From positions 985,015 to 1,049,014 of the forward strand of contig CP064968.1 of assembly GCA_016699245.1 (NCBI GenBank): DNA of 64,000 bases, in the 5' to 3' direction. The notes beneath the pieces were generated by a model. That model ran no database searches, was not told where the DNA came from, and saw only the letters and a list, made by a program, of their open reading frames with translations. Source of the DNA: Candidatus Kaiserbacteria bacterium. Its GTDB lineage: Bacteria; Patescibacteriota; Minisyncoccia; Phycocordibacterales; UBA918. The stretch's first letter is position 1; every line of letters begins with the position of its first letter. This document shows positions 1 through 9,138 of this stretch, one piece after another. A program made the translations under genes and the position numbers.

Positions 1-1
1 G

Positions 2-799
2 TGTGAGTACAAACGTGATTTTCTTTCGCTCACGCCCGATATCCTCGTGATTACAAATCTGGAGCATGAGCACGTTGATTACTACAAAAACCTTGGCGAA
101 GTGCAACAAGCTTTTCGAGAATTTGCATGTCAGGTGAGAGAAGGCGGTGTCGTGATTGTAAATTTTAGCGGTGAAAATATCGCACCAATTCTAGAGAGTG
201 TCACGGTGTCGGTGCAGGACTATGGAAAGTATTTTGACCCACTCCTTTCGCTTATGGTGCCAGGGATACACAACCAGATGAATGCTGCCGCTGCGATAGC
301 AGCGGCGGAGTATGTCGGCATCTCACGAGATGTCGCAAAAGCGGCACTCACCAAGTTTGTGGGTACGTGGCGACGATTTGAATACAAAGGTGAAGTGCAG
401 GGAGCAAAAGTATACGACGATTATGGACACCACCCCACTGAAATTGCAGCGACGCTTCAGGGCGCTCGGGAATTGTATCCCGACAAAAAAATCACCCTTG
501 TGTTCCAGTCGCATACGTACTCACGCACGAATGAACTTTTTGATGACTTTGTAAGTGCACTGAGCAATGCAGACGAGGTGTATATATTACCTATTTATGC
601 AGCCCGCGAAGAAAATGAAAGCGGGGTCTCGCATACACTGCTTTCCGAGGCGGTTGCTAAAGGTGGGGTGTCTATCCATGCGCACGATTCCTTTGAAACA
701 GTTGTAAAAGAACTCAAGGCACACATAGGCACACATGATGTCGTCCTCGTCATGGGTGCAGGGGACATTACGCATCTCGCCACACAACTTGTATCATGA
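2..799 (+). CDS. murC: UDP-N-acetylmuramate--L-alanine ligase, C-terminal portion (5' end outside window)
   Basis: The reading frame is open from the window edge (..RDFLSLTPDILVITNLEHEH..). Mur-ligase central/C-terminal motifs are present (DYGHHPTEI, LVFQSHTYSRT). The stop overlaps the next start as ATGA. Confidence 0.75.
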   Translation, partial: CEYKRDFLSLTPDILVITNLEHEHVDYYKNLGEVQQAFREFACQVREGGVVIVNFSGENIAPILESVTVSVQDYGKYFDPLLSLMVPGIHNQMNAAAAIAAAEYVGISRDVAKAALTKFVGTWRRFEYKGEVQGAKVYDDYGHHPTEIAATLQGARELYPDKKITLVFQSHTYSRTNELFDDFVSALSNADEVYILPIYAAREENESGVSHTLLSEAVAKGGVSIHAHDSFETVVKELKAHIGTHDVVLVMGAGDITHLATQLVS

Positions 800-1470
800 A
801 TGGATTACTTTCAGTCGTCGCAACACCAATAGGGAACATGGAGGATATTACCTTGCGGGCTATTCGCGTGCTCAAAGAGGCAGACTACGTGCTGTGTGAA
901 GATACACGTGTGACGGGAAATCTTTGTAAGCATCATGGTATTGAAACGAAGTTGAAGCGCTATGACGCACATGCGAGTGAGAAAGTGCATGGTGATATTT
1001 TGCGTGATTTAGGAGAAGGGAAGCACATTGCTCTCGTGAGTGATGCGGGGACACCTGGCGTGAGCGACCCTGGGGTACTTTTGGTTGCGCGAGTACGCTC
1101 CGCGGGTGTGCGAATAGACGCTATCCCAGGAGCATCAGCGATCACGGCACTCTTTTCTATTGCAGGAGTGACGGGAAATAGTTTTGTATTTCTTGGATTT
1201 GTACCACTTAAAAAGGGTCGGCAAACTTTTTTCAAAAGTTTGCCGGAGTACACCACCCCTGTCATGTTCTATGAGGCACCACATCGAATTATGAAAACAC
1301 TTACATCACTCGCGGAGGAACTTCCTGAAACTGCGCAGGTAATCATTGGACGTGAACTCACCAAGATGTTTGAAGAGGTAGTGACGGGAACGCCAAAGGA
1401 AGTACTCCAGTATTTTACTGATCACCCCGACCATGTCCGCGGGGAGTTTGTGGTCCTTTTGACACAATAA
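796..1470 (+). CDS. rsmI: 16S rRNA (cytidine1402-2'-O)-methyltransferase, tetrapyrrole-methylase family
   Basis: N-terminal VATPIGNMEDITLRA..EDTR and GTPGVSDPG motifs are typical of RsmI/YraL. The start codon overlaps the murC stop (ATGA). Confidence 0.8.
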   Translation: MNGLLSVVATPIGNMEDITLRAIRVLKEADYVLCEDTRVTGNLCKHHGIETKLKRYDAHASEKVHGDILRDLGEGKHIALVSDAGTPGVSDPGVLLVARVRSAGVRIDAIPGASAITALFSIAGVTGNSFVFLGFVPLKKGRQTFFKSLPEYTTPVMFYEAPHRIMKTLTSLAEELPETAQVIIGRELTKMFEEVVTGTPKEVLQYFTDHPDHVRGEFVVLLTQ

Positions 1471-1515
1471 AGAATTCTGCTCTCAGTTGTTCACACCAAC
1501 TAAGTTTTTAGGGTT

Positions 1516-1536
1516 TTCCACACTTTCGCGCACTTA
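1516..1536 (+). terminator. 7-bp stem hairpin (GCGCACT..AGTGCGC) between rsmI and the next gene, immediately followed by TATACT
   Basis: Inverted repeat seen directly. No strong T-tract. It could be a weak terminator or an operator overlapping a -10-like TATACT. Confidence 0.25.
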
Positions 1537-1542
1537 AGTCGA

Positions 1543-1815
1543 GTGCGCTATACTATTTATATGTCTAAAGAAACATTGGTTTTTGCAATCGGAATATTGG
1601 TCTTTTTCGTCCCCTTTGTCGGGGTGCCGACTGAATGGAAGGAGTGGTTCCTTATGGGGGCGGGTGTGGTGCTTATGATAGTGGGCTACGCACTCCGTCG
1701 CAAAGCGTTTTTTCAATCACTTGAACATGAGAGCGGAGAGCGACGAGCCGATGTATTTGTGGAAAGTAAGTCGGTGGTATCACTACCGGTCAGCGAAAAA
1801 GTTGATGAAGTATAG
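1543..1815 (+). CDS. small hypothetical membrane protein (start may be 1564)
   Basis: Hydrophobic stretches (VFAIGILVFFVPFVG; GAGVVLMIVGYAL). No recognisable family. Confidence 0.3.
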   Translation: MRYTIYMSKETLVFAIGILVFFVPFVGVPTEWKEWFLMGAGVVLMIVGYALRRKAFFQSLEHESGERRADVFVESKSVVSLPVSEKVDEV

Positions 1816-1818
1816 TCT

Positions 1819-3117
1819 ATGAAAATTGCATCGATTGTAGGAGTATCAGGAATTGCATTTGTTCTTGCTTCGTATGTTGCATTGCCTCGCCTCACTGCGG
1901 TGGAATACGCACCGCACGCTACCGAAGTAGCGAGAGCAACAAAAGAAGAAAAGAGAGTAGTCGAAGAAATACCCCCTGATACGCGTGAGGTCATATCGCA
2001 TGTACCACTCCCACCCGCGGTGAAAGCAATCTACATGACGTCGTGTGTGGCAGGGACTCCTTCTTTTCGAGAGAAACTCTTGGCGCTCATTCGTGAGACT
2101 GAAATAAATGCAGTGGTGATAGACGTAAAGGATTTTTCTGGGACGATTTCATTTCCACCGATTGCGCCTGAATGGCGCCCTGCGTGGGACGCAGCACAAT
2201 GTGGTGCAACAGACATGAAAGCATTGGTGGCGGAGCTTCATGAACAGGGAGTGTTTGTTATTGCACGCCTCACGGTGTTTCAAGACCCTTTTTATGCAAA
2301 GACACACCCTGAACTTGCTGTTTCAAAAGCGTCTGACGGCTCGGTGTGGAAAGACAGGAAAGGACTTTCTTTTATTGATGTGGGCTCTCGCCCCTTTTGG
2401 GACCATATCATCACCCTTTCGCGCGACACGTACAACATAGGTTTTGACGAAATCAACTATGACTACGTGCGCTATCCTTCAGACGGTAATATGCAGGATA
2501 TTGCCTTTCCACAAAGTATGCAGAGCCAGTACAAAGGTGATAAGCAAGCAAATCTTGAAGCATTCTTTCAATATCTCAATGAAAAACTGGATGACGAAAC
2601 ACTCTTTGCTGATGTGCGCCATGAAAATACGGGGCGCGCATCCACAACACCATATACTTCTGCAGACCTCTTTGGTATGACGACCACGAACACCGATGAC
2701 CTCTCTATCGGGCAAGTGCTCGAACGCGCTGCCGCGCATTTTGATTTTGTTGCGCCAATGGTGTATCCGTCTCATTACCCCAACTCATTCCTTGGACTCG
2801 GTAACCCAAACGACCATCCATACAAGGTGGTGCACTATGCGATGCAGAGTGGGGCAAACAGAATGGTTGCAACTACCACGGCGGTGGCTGGATTTGCGCA
2901 TACTCGGATTGGTACCTCGACACCTGCACAATATACAAAACCCGCCTATTCTCCCGATAAACTTCGCACCTGGATTCAAGATTTCGACTATGGTGGTGAC
3001 TATGATGCAATTGACGTACGCAATCAGATTCAAGCAAGTTACGACGCTGGCGTACACTCATGGATGATATGGGCGCCAAGTAATATCTATACCCGAGGTG
3101 CACTCAATGATGAGTAG
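1819..3117 (+). CDS. putative TIM-barrel glycoside-hydrolase-like protein (DUF4015/COG1306-like) with N-terminal TM anchor
   Basis: N-terminal hydrophobic segment. Internal ..FDEINYDYVRYPSDG.. and the overall pattern resemble the DUF4015 putative glycosyl hydrolase family. The assignment is from memory of the family only. Confidence 0.45.
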   Translation: MKIASIVGVSGIAFVLASYVALPRLTAVEYAPHATEVARATKEEKRVVEEIPPDTREVISHVPLPPAVKAIYMTSCVAGTPSFREKLLALIRETEINAVVIDVKDFSGTISFPPIAPEWRPAWDAAQCGATDMKALVAELHEQGVFVIARLTVFQDPFYAKTHPELAVSKASDGSVWKDRKGLSFIDVGSRPFWDHIITLSRDTYNIGFDEINYDYVRYPSDGNMQDIAFPQSMQSQYKGDKQANLEAFFQYLNEKLDDETLFADVRHENTGRASTTPYTSADLFGMTTTNTDDLSIGQVLERAAAHFDFVAPMVYPSHYPNSFLGLGNPNDHPYKVVHYAMQSGANRMVATTTAVAGFAHTRIGTSTPAQYTKPAYSPDKLRTWIQDFDYGGDYDAIDVRNQIQASYDAGVHSWMIWAPSNIYTRGALNDE

Positions 3118-3126
3118 TGGATGCTT

Positions 3127-3198
3127 GCCCCGTACTCACATGTGTAGTACTGGGGCCTGCCCCGTACAAAGGTGAAGCATGAACCTTTCGTACTGGGG
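3127..3198 (+). other. two tandem imperfect hairpins built from repeated CCCCGTAC / GTACTGGGG motifs
   Basis: GCCCCGTACT..AGTACtGGGGC and CCCCGTACAAAGGT..ACCTTTcGTACtGGGG, read directly. They lie between the DUF4015-like gene stop and the duplicated gene-end copy. Confidence 0.4.
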
Positions 3199-3249
3199 AT
3201 ATGGGCGCCAAGTAATATTTATACCCGAGATGCATTGAGTGATGCGTAG
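3199..3249 (+). repeat. diverged (~86% identical) direct duplicate of the last 51 nt (including stop) of the upstream CDS (3067-3117)
   Basis: atatgggcgccaagtaatatCtatacccgagGtgcaCtCaAtgatgAgtag versus atatgggcgccaagtaatatTtatacccgagAtgcaTtGaGtgatgCgtag. Both end in TAG. Confidence 0.7.
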
Positions 3250-3298
3250 TTTGTGAGCAAACATCATTCTCAATGTTTTGTTTTGCTATACTATACGC

Positions 3299-5335
3299 AT
3301 GGCATTTGATCCGAATAAAATAACGTTCTTTGCAAAGACAGATGCACGGGGGAAAAACGTGCAGTTTGGTATTAAGGCGAAGGATAGACAGCGCCATGTC
3401 TATGTTATTGGAAAGACAGGAATGGGAAAATCCACCTTGCTCGAAAATATGGCAGTGCAGGATATTTTGAATGGGGAAGGACTTGCCTTCATTGACCCAC
3501 ATGGCTCTGCAGCGGAGACACTTCTTAAATACATCCCTGAGCATCGCATCAATGATGTGCTCTACTTCGCACCATTTGATACCGAGCATCCTGTGTCGTT
3601 TAATATTATGGAGGATGTGGGTCCTGATAAGCGACATCTCGTGGTGTCGGGGCTTATGTCAGTCTTTAAAAAGATTTGGATTGACGCGTGGTCTGCACGC
3701 ATGGAGTATATTCTCCAAAATACCCTCATGGCGCTTCTTGAGTACCCTGGCTCCACCCTCCTCGGGGTCAATCGCATGCTTTCGGACAAGGATTATCGAA
3801 ACTTGGTAGTGGCAAATGTGAAAGACCCTGGTGTGAAATCGTTTTGGGTGGATGAGTTTGCAAAATATAATGAGCGGTACATGCAGGAAGCGGGCGATGC
3901 GATTAAAAACAAGATTGGACAATTTACCGCAAACCCTATCATTCGTAATATCATTGGCCAACCAAAATCCTCTTTTGATATTCGCGAGATGATGGACAAT
4001 AAAAAGATTCTTATCATGAATCTTTCAAAGGGACTCATTGGAGAGAGCAATGCAAACCTCCTCGGCTCAATGCTTACGACGCGTATCTACCTCGCCGCAA
4101 TGAGTCGTGCCGACCTCTCACCTGAAAAAATGCGCGAGATGCCCAATTTTTATTTCTTTGTGGATGAATTTCAGTCCTTTGCGAATGCAACGTTTGCTAA
4201 CATTCTTTCTGAGGCACGTAAGTACCATTTGAATCTTACGATTGCCCATCAATACATTACGCAAATGGAAGAGGAGGTGCGGGATGCGGTGTTTGGCAAC
4301 GTAGGAACAATTGTTTCTTTTCGTGTGGGACCACTCGATGCAGAGTTTCTTGAGACCATCTTCACTCCACAATTTCTTGCGACCGATATTGTAAATCTGG
4401 GATTTGCGCAGGTGTACATGAGTCTCATGATTGACGGTATTGGTTCCCAGCCTTTTTCTGCAGTGACGCTCCCACCAATAGCGCCGCCAGTAGTCTCGTG
4501 CCGTGATATGGCGATTGCCGCAAGTCGCGCACAATTTTCAAAAGTCCGCGCACAGGTAGAAGAAGATATTCATAAATTTCATGAACGTGTGGAGGTGCCA
4601 AAGAAAGAAGAGAGAAGGGAACGTCCCGCGACTGCACCTCTTACGCCACGCCCCCCACGCATCGACGAACAGCCTCGTACTGAAGTTCGGCCAGTGACCT
4701 CTCGAGTATCTCGAGAACCAGAAACTCCCCGTCCCCCTGTACATGAAGCTGTGGCCTCGGGAGTAGAGGCCCCTAAGCCGGTTGTAGTAGAAATTCCTCC
4801 TCCAGAAACGCCTGTGGCGCCTGTAGTAGCACGTGAGGAGCCGAAGGCATCAGTATCAAGAAACAGCGGTGTACCCGAGCGCAATGAGCGCCTGGAGCGT
4901 ACAAAACCACCACAACAAAAACGTGCGCCACAACAGGTGGGTGATTTGCGTTCCGTGCTCAAAAAGATTGTAGAGTCTCCTGAAGTGTCGGGAGAGAAAC
5001 GAAATGGTACATCCGCAAAACCTGGCAGTGAGCAAAATCGCAGCGATTTGAAAGCAGCACTGAGCACTGTGCTTGCGCACACATTTCCCCAAGCAACACC
5101 TGCCACACCAGAAGTGGCGCCGAGAGAGCAAACACCCGCCGCGATGTCTGTGCCAGAAGTTCCATTTACCCCCCTCACGACACCTATACCAGCATCTACA
5201 CCCGCACCCACATTCATCTTCGCACCTAAACCTGCGTCACCTGCACCTGCTCCCTCAGAATCCAAAATGCCAACCCCCAAAGAACTCGAGCGCATGATGC
5301 GTGTCACCACAAGTGATAAGCCCCCTCTCGGTTAG
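3299..5335 (+). CDS. P-loop NTPase resembling type IV coupling protein (TraD/VirD4/TrwB-like) with ~250-aa Pro/Ala/Glu-rich disordered C-terminal tail
   Basis: Walker A VIGKTGMGKST followed by IDPHG. Later DEFQSF..ARKYHLNLTIAHQ resembles the T4CP C-terminal region. The C-terminal third is low-complexity P/T/A/E-rich. Start chosen at MAFDPNK, downstream of a TATACT box; the ORF track starts at 3278. Confidence 0.45.
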   Translation: MAFDPNKITFFAKTDARGKNVQFGIKAKDRQRHVYVIGKTGMGKSTLLENMAVQDILNGEGLAFIDPHGSAAETLLKYIPEHRINDVLYFAPFDTEHPVSFNIMEDVGPDKRHLVVSGLMSVFKKIWIDAWSARMEYILQNTLMALLEYPGSTLLGVNRMLSDKDYRNLVVANVKDPGVKSFWVDEFAKYNERYMQEAGDAIKNKIGQFTANPIIRNIIGQPKSSFDIREMMDNKKILIMNLSKGLIGESNANLLGSMLTTRIYLAAMSRADLSPEKMREMPNFYFFVDEFQSFANATFANILSEARKYHLNLTIAHQYITQMEEEVRDAVFGNVGTIVSFRVGPLDAEFLETIFTPQFLATDIVNLGFAQVYMSLMIDGIGSQPFSAVTLPPIAPPVVSCRDMAIAASRAQFSKVRAQVEEDIHKFHERVEVPKKEERRERPATAPLTPRPPRIDEQPRTEVRPVTSRVSREPETPRPPVHEAVASGVEAPKPVVVEIPPPETPVAPVVAREEPKASVSRNSGVPERNERLERTKPPQQKRAPQQVGDLRSVLKKIVESPEVSGEKRNGTSAKPGSEQNRSDLKAALSTVLAHTFPQATPATPEVAPREQTPAAMSVPEVPFTPLTTPIPASTPAPTFIFAPKPASPAPAPSESKMPTPKELERMMRVTTSDKPPLG

Positions 5336-5472
5336 AAATCCCGCTCATAATACAATGTTGCACATTCAGTGAATGGGATTTTGGTTTGCAATTTAGAGGG
5401 CGTACGGTACAGTGAGTGATAGTACAGTTCATCGTACACTGTTTTTCATACCTGATATGGAAGGAGAGCGTC

Positions 5473-5742
5473 ATGTGTAGCAAAAAAGTGGTACTAGCAA
5501 AGGCCAGTCTCACCGATGGAGAGTTTCGGGACTTTTTGATTGATCTTCAGCACTCATTATGCAGTCAGTTTACTGAAGTGTACCACACCTCTATCGAAGT
5601 TGGCTGGATAGAAATAGAAGTGTGTAGCAACGGGAATCTTCCTCGTGAGGTCGCAAAAAACCTACTCAAGGAAAGTCTTACGAGTAGTGGTGGCGGGCTC
5701 AATATTGAGGGTTGGGGAAAGGTTGTCCAAATTGTTGATTAA
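5473..5742 (+). CDS. hypothetical protein
   Basis: GGAAGGAG RBS 6 nt upstream of ATG 5473. No family recognised. Confidence 0.3.
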   Translation: MCSKKVVLAKASLTDGEFRDFLIDLQHSLCSQFTEVYHTSIEVGWIEIEVCSNGNLPREVAKNLLKESLTSSGGGLNIEGWGKVVQIVD

Positions 5743-5897
5743 TTCTTTCATCCACAAGCCCCGATGTACTACGTGCATCGGGGCTCTCTTGTATACAAAA
5801 CACCCCATACAAAGAAGTAACATTCTGTATCAATTTTTGGTACTATACGATGATGCAAACAAATGATTCAGATCAAAAACTCATAGTAGTAATCGGA

Positions 5898-5917
5898 GGG
5901 GCGGGTTTACCCGCCCC
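5898..5917 (+). terminator. GC-rich hairpin GGGGCGGG-TTTA-CCCGCCCC
   Basis: Perfect 8-bp GC stem with a 4-nt loop in the intergenic region before the glycan island. There is no downstream T-tract, so it is either a factor-dependent terminator or another RNA structure. Confidence 0.3.
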
Positions 5918-5961
5918 GACCACGTGCACGAGCATCTACACGAAATTAACCACAATAGTAT

Positions 5962-6837
5962 ATGGAACCAATTAAACTTGCTTTAGTGACGGGAGGGGCG
6001 GGATTCATTGGTTCACACCTCTGTGAGCGGCTCGTGGCAGATGGGCACAAGGTGATTTCGCTCGATAATTACTTTGCAGGCAGAAAAGAGAATCATGTGG
6101 AGGGTGTTGAGTATCGAGAGGGACATACAAAAGACATTGCATTACTCGTCCCTGAAACTCCCGATATTATTTATCACCTTGGTGAGTATTCTCGTGTCGC
6201 GAAAAGTCTTGAGGAACCAGATGTGGTATTTGATTTGAATATTGCGGGCACCTTTGGGGTGCTTGAGTTTTGGCGAAAGGCACAGTGCAAACTGGTATAC
6301 GCAGGATCATCGACAAAGCACGTGGAGGCCCGCGAAGACGGCGTCACTGGTCGCGACCTCGCTCCCTATACCTGGATGAAGGCGGCTAATACGGAGTTGG
6401 TAGTAAACTACGGCCATTGGTACGCGCTTCCATACGCTATTGTGTATTTTTATAATGTCTACGGCCCACGAGAGCGTACTATTCTGGACTACGGCACGGT
6501 GATAGAGACATGGAGACAACGTATGCTCGAAGGAAAACCACTCATGGTCCGCGAGCCGGGCACTCAAGAGCGCGCCTTTACCCATGTGCTCGACACCGTG
6601 GAAGGGATTGTGCTCGTCGGTGAGAAAGGGGATGGAGATAACTTTGGTATTGGTAGTGATGAGCATTTTTCTTTACTTGAAGTCGCGGAGATGTTTGGGG
6701 GTGTAATTGAAATGCTTCCACAAACACAATCATCCCGCACATCACCCGATGTTGATGCAGGGAAAGTTCGAGAACTTGGTTGGGTACCTACACATCATCT
6801 CCCTGACTATATCAAGGAGACTAAAAGTAATTTATGA
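5962..6837 (+). CDS. NAD-dependent epimerase/dehydratase (SDR, UDP-sugar 4-epimerase / UDP-xylose synthase-like)
   Basis: N-terminal VTGGAGFIGSHL Rossmann motif. Short-form SDR typical of nucleotide-sugar epimerases. Confidence 0.8.
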   Translation: MEPIKLALVTGGAGFIGSHLCERLVADGHKVISLDNYFAGRKENHVEGVEYREGHTKDIALLVPETPDIIYHLGEYSRVAKSLEEPDVVFDLNIAGTFGVLEFWRKAQCKLVYAGSSTKHVEAREDGVTGRDLAPYTWMKAANTELVVNYGHWYALPYAIVYFYNVYGPRERTILDYGTVIETWRQRMLEGKPLMVREPGTQERAFTHVLDTVEGIVLVGEKGDGDNFGIGSDEHFSLLEVAEMFGGVIEMLPQTQSSRTSPDVDAGKVRELGWVPTHHLPDYIKETKSNL

Positions 6838-8042
6838 AAAAGATTCTTATTTTTTCACTCGACTATTTACCGGGAACTATCTCGGGGGCGGAGGCGGCGA
6901 TTGAGGAAATTACGAAGCGCATTAGTCCCGAGGAGATAGAGTTCCATATGGTGACGCTCTACTATGATAGCGCTGTTCCGCGGGTGGGGAAGATTGGGAA
7001 TGTACTCATTCATCGCGTAGGATTTTTTGGAAAGCCCCATGCGTCACTTGAGGAACGACGGCAATTTCCTCTCCATTACAACAAACACTTTTTCCAGTTT
7101 GCAGCAGGCATCAAAGCGTATTTTTTGCACAGGAAATATCACTATGATGGCGCATGGGCAGTAATGGCACACGGAACGGGTGTACCGGTATCGATTTTTA
7201 ATCTGCTCACCAAGGTACCATACGCGCTCACCCTTCAAGAAGGAGATCCACCTGAGTACATCGAGCGAATTATGAAACCGGTGTGGTCACTCTTTAAACG
7301 CGCGTTTACACATGCGACGGTAGTGCAGCCAATATCAGCATTTCTCGGCGCATGGGCAAGACGTATGGGCTACAGGGGTGATACTCAAATCATACGGAAT
7401 GGTGCAAACCCAGAGTCGATTAAACCGACATTTGACCTCTCTGAGGTTGAGACACTAAAACAAAAACTTGGTAAAAAAGAGGGGGATATTTTTCTCATGA
7501 ACACCGCACGGCTTGTACACCAGAAAGGCTTTGATACCACTATCCACGCGCTTACCCTTTTGCCTGCGCATATTAAACTCCTTGTCGTGGGAGGTGGTCC
7601 TGATGAGGGGATGCTTAAAAGCCTGGCGGAGGAACTCGGTCTCGGTGAGCGGGTGATTTTCACCGGACAGATAGACCGAAGCGAAGTGACAAAGTACCGT
7701 TTCGCAGGAGATATTTTTGTGGGTCCGTCACGTTCGGAAGGGCTCGGAAACGCATTTCTTTCTGCGATGGCGTGCAGGCTTCCGGTGGTCGCAACACAGG
7801 TGGGGGGTATTGCCGATTTTCTTTTTGATGCAAAACGCGATCCTGAGAAAGGAACGACAGGGTGGGCAGTAGACCCAGAGAGTCATGAGCAGATCGCAGA
7901 AGCAGTGCATGAGATTCTCGCGCACCCAGAAAAAGTACGCGACGTGACGGAACGCGCTAGAGAAATGGTTGTAGCAGAATACGATTGGGATATTGTCGCA
8001 AAGCGCATGCAACGCGAAGTGTTTGAAAAGATTACGGAGTGA
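6834..8042 (+). CDS. glycosyltransferase family 4 (GT-B)
   Basis: C-terminal Glycos_transf_1 motif ..GPSRSEGLGNAFLSAMACRLPVVATQVGG.. ATGA overlap with the upstream gene. Confidence 0.85.
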   Translation: MKKILIFSLDYLPGTISGAEAAIEEITKRISPEEIEFHMVTLYYDSAVPRVGKIGNVLIHRVGFFGKPHASLEERRQFPLHYNKHFFQFAAGIKAYFLHRKYHYDGAWAVMAHGTGVPVSIFNLLTKVPYALTLQEGDPPEYIERIMKPVWSLFKRAFTHATVVQPISAFLGAWARRMGYRGDTQIIRNGANPESIKPTFDLSEVETLKQKLGKKEGDIFLMNTARLVHQKGFDTTIHALTLLPAHIKLLVVGGGPDEGMLKSLAEELGLGERVIFTGQIDRSEVTKYRFAGDIFVGPSRSEGLGNAFLSAMACRLPVVATQVGGIADFLFDAKRDPEKGTTGWAVDPESHEQIAEAVHEILAHPEKVRDVTERAREMVVAEYDWDIVAKRMQREVFEKITE

Positions 8043-8043
8043 T

Positions 8044-9138
8044 TTAGTGGAGTCCTTGCTGGCGTTTTTTCTCATCATCACTCCGAAGAGAATCACGGAG
8101 ATTTTTGTATGCATCAATGCGTTCCATAGGGACAGGGGTTTCACTCAGTACGTGTGTGAGTACGTCATTCCAAAATGTCACACGCGCTTCGTTCAGTGTA
8201 CGCAAATTACCTTCTGCGTGTGCTAAGGTACGGACGTAAAACCATATGAGTTCTGTGAGTCGATAGATACGCATCATGCGAAGTGAAATAGATTCCTCTA
8301 GCGTACGATTGACGCGTACATACTCGGTGAGTGCGCTCGCAAGTGGGGGATTATAGAGCTCCATAAAGTTGATGAAACGTGCCCAGCCTTCATATTTATT
8401 TCCGAAGGTAAGTGAGGAGTGGTCGAGAAGATATATTGCATTTTTATTGATGCGAATATTGTGCGGTACAAAGTCGGTATGGGTGAGAAAATCTGCATAT
8501 TGCTCGATAGTCTGTACCCCCTCTGCGAGTTGATGTCGTGCAACTGCCAAGTTTGTATGCACATCGACTGCTTCCGGTATGATCATGTGAAGATTGGTCA
8601 CAAAGATGCCAAAGTTTTCTAGGTATGTTTCTCCAGTACGAATATCAAACACATTCTGTATCAGTTGGTGATGCTTCCAGGTGGTTGCATGGGTACCTTC
8701 CTGTGCTTTGAATGCACGCAGTGCAAAGTCAAACTGTGCTTCAGTAGTACGCTCAAGGAAGGATTGTTCCTGCGTGATAAATTCCTGGACTGCAATAGTC
8801 ATGTCTAGATTATTAAGAAAGAGTATCTCTTTCGGTGAAAGAAACACCTCTGCGGCAAAGTCTATTTCTTTAAGAATCTCACGACATTCACGCTCATGAC
8901 GCAGTTCTTCTCTTCCGTGCGCGTCACGCGAGGCTTTAATGACTACCTGCACACCTTCTCCCGTTGTTCCGAGGAGGATCACTTTCTTGCCACTTGTGGT
9001 GGTGACGGCTTGCATAAGAAAGCGTTCACCTTTGATATGTGGCTGCGTATCAGTGAGGGTAATGTTGTGGTGAAGGAGAATCGGTGTTATCACCTTGATT
9101 TCATTTTTGCAATACTCTTCCCAGGATTCTTTGGTCAT
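8044..9138 (-). CDS. kinase-like phosphotransferase (APH/ChoK-like fold), function unknown
   Basis: ..FVPHNIRINKNAIYLLDHSS.. resembles the catalytic-loop/DxD region of aminoglycoside/choline-kinase-like phosphotransferases. Start chosen at the MTKESW Met (9138), whose ATG overlaps the stop of the upstream GT4 fragment as ATGA. The longer ORF to 9186 is also possible. Confidence 0.4.
   Translation of the reverse strand: MTKESWEEYCKNEIKVITPILLHHNITLTDTQPHIKGERFLMQAVTTTSGKKVILLGTTGEGVQVVIKASRDAHGREELRHERECREILKEIDFAAEVFLSPKEILFLNNLDMTIAVQEFITQEQSFLERTTEAQFDFALRAFKAQEGTHATTWKHHQLIQNVFDIRTGETYLENFGIFVTNLHMIIPEAVDVHTNLAVARHQLAEGVQTIEQYADFLTHTDFVPHNIRINKNAIYLLDHSSLTFGNKYEGWARFINFMELYNPPLASALTEYVRVNRTLEESISLRMMRIYRLTELIWFYVRTLAHAEGNLRTLNEARVTFWNDVLTHVLSETPVPMERIDAYKNLRDSLRSDDEKKRQQGLH

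Noticed and set aside
3104-3637. 177-aa minus-strand ORF spanning the duplicated region and the start of the T4CP-like gene
   Set aside because: It overlaps a strongly supported plus-strand CDS and the repeat/hairpin region, with no motif support.
4579-5310. 243-aa minus-strand ORF rich in Gly/Ala/Ser
   Set aside because: Antisense to the Pro/Ala-rich tail of the T4CP-like gene. It is a compositional mirror and not coding.
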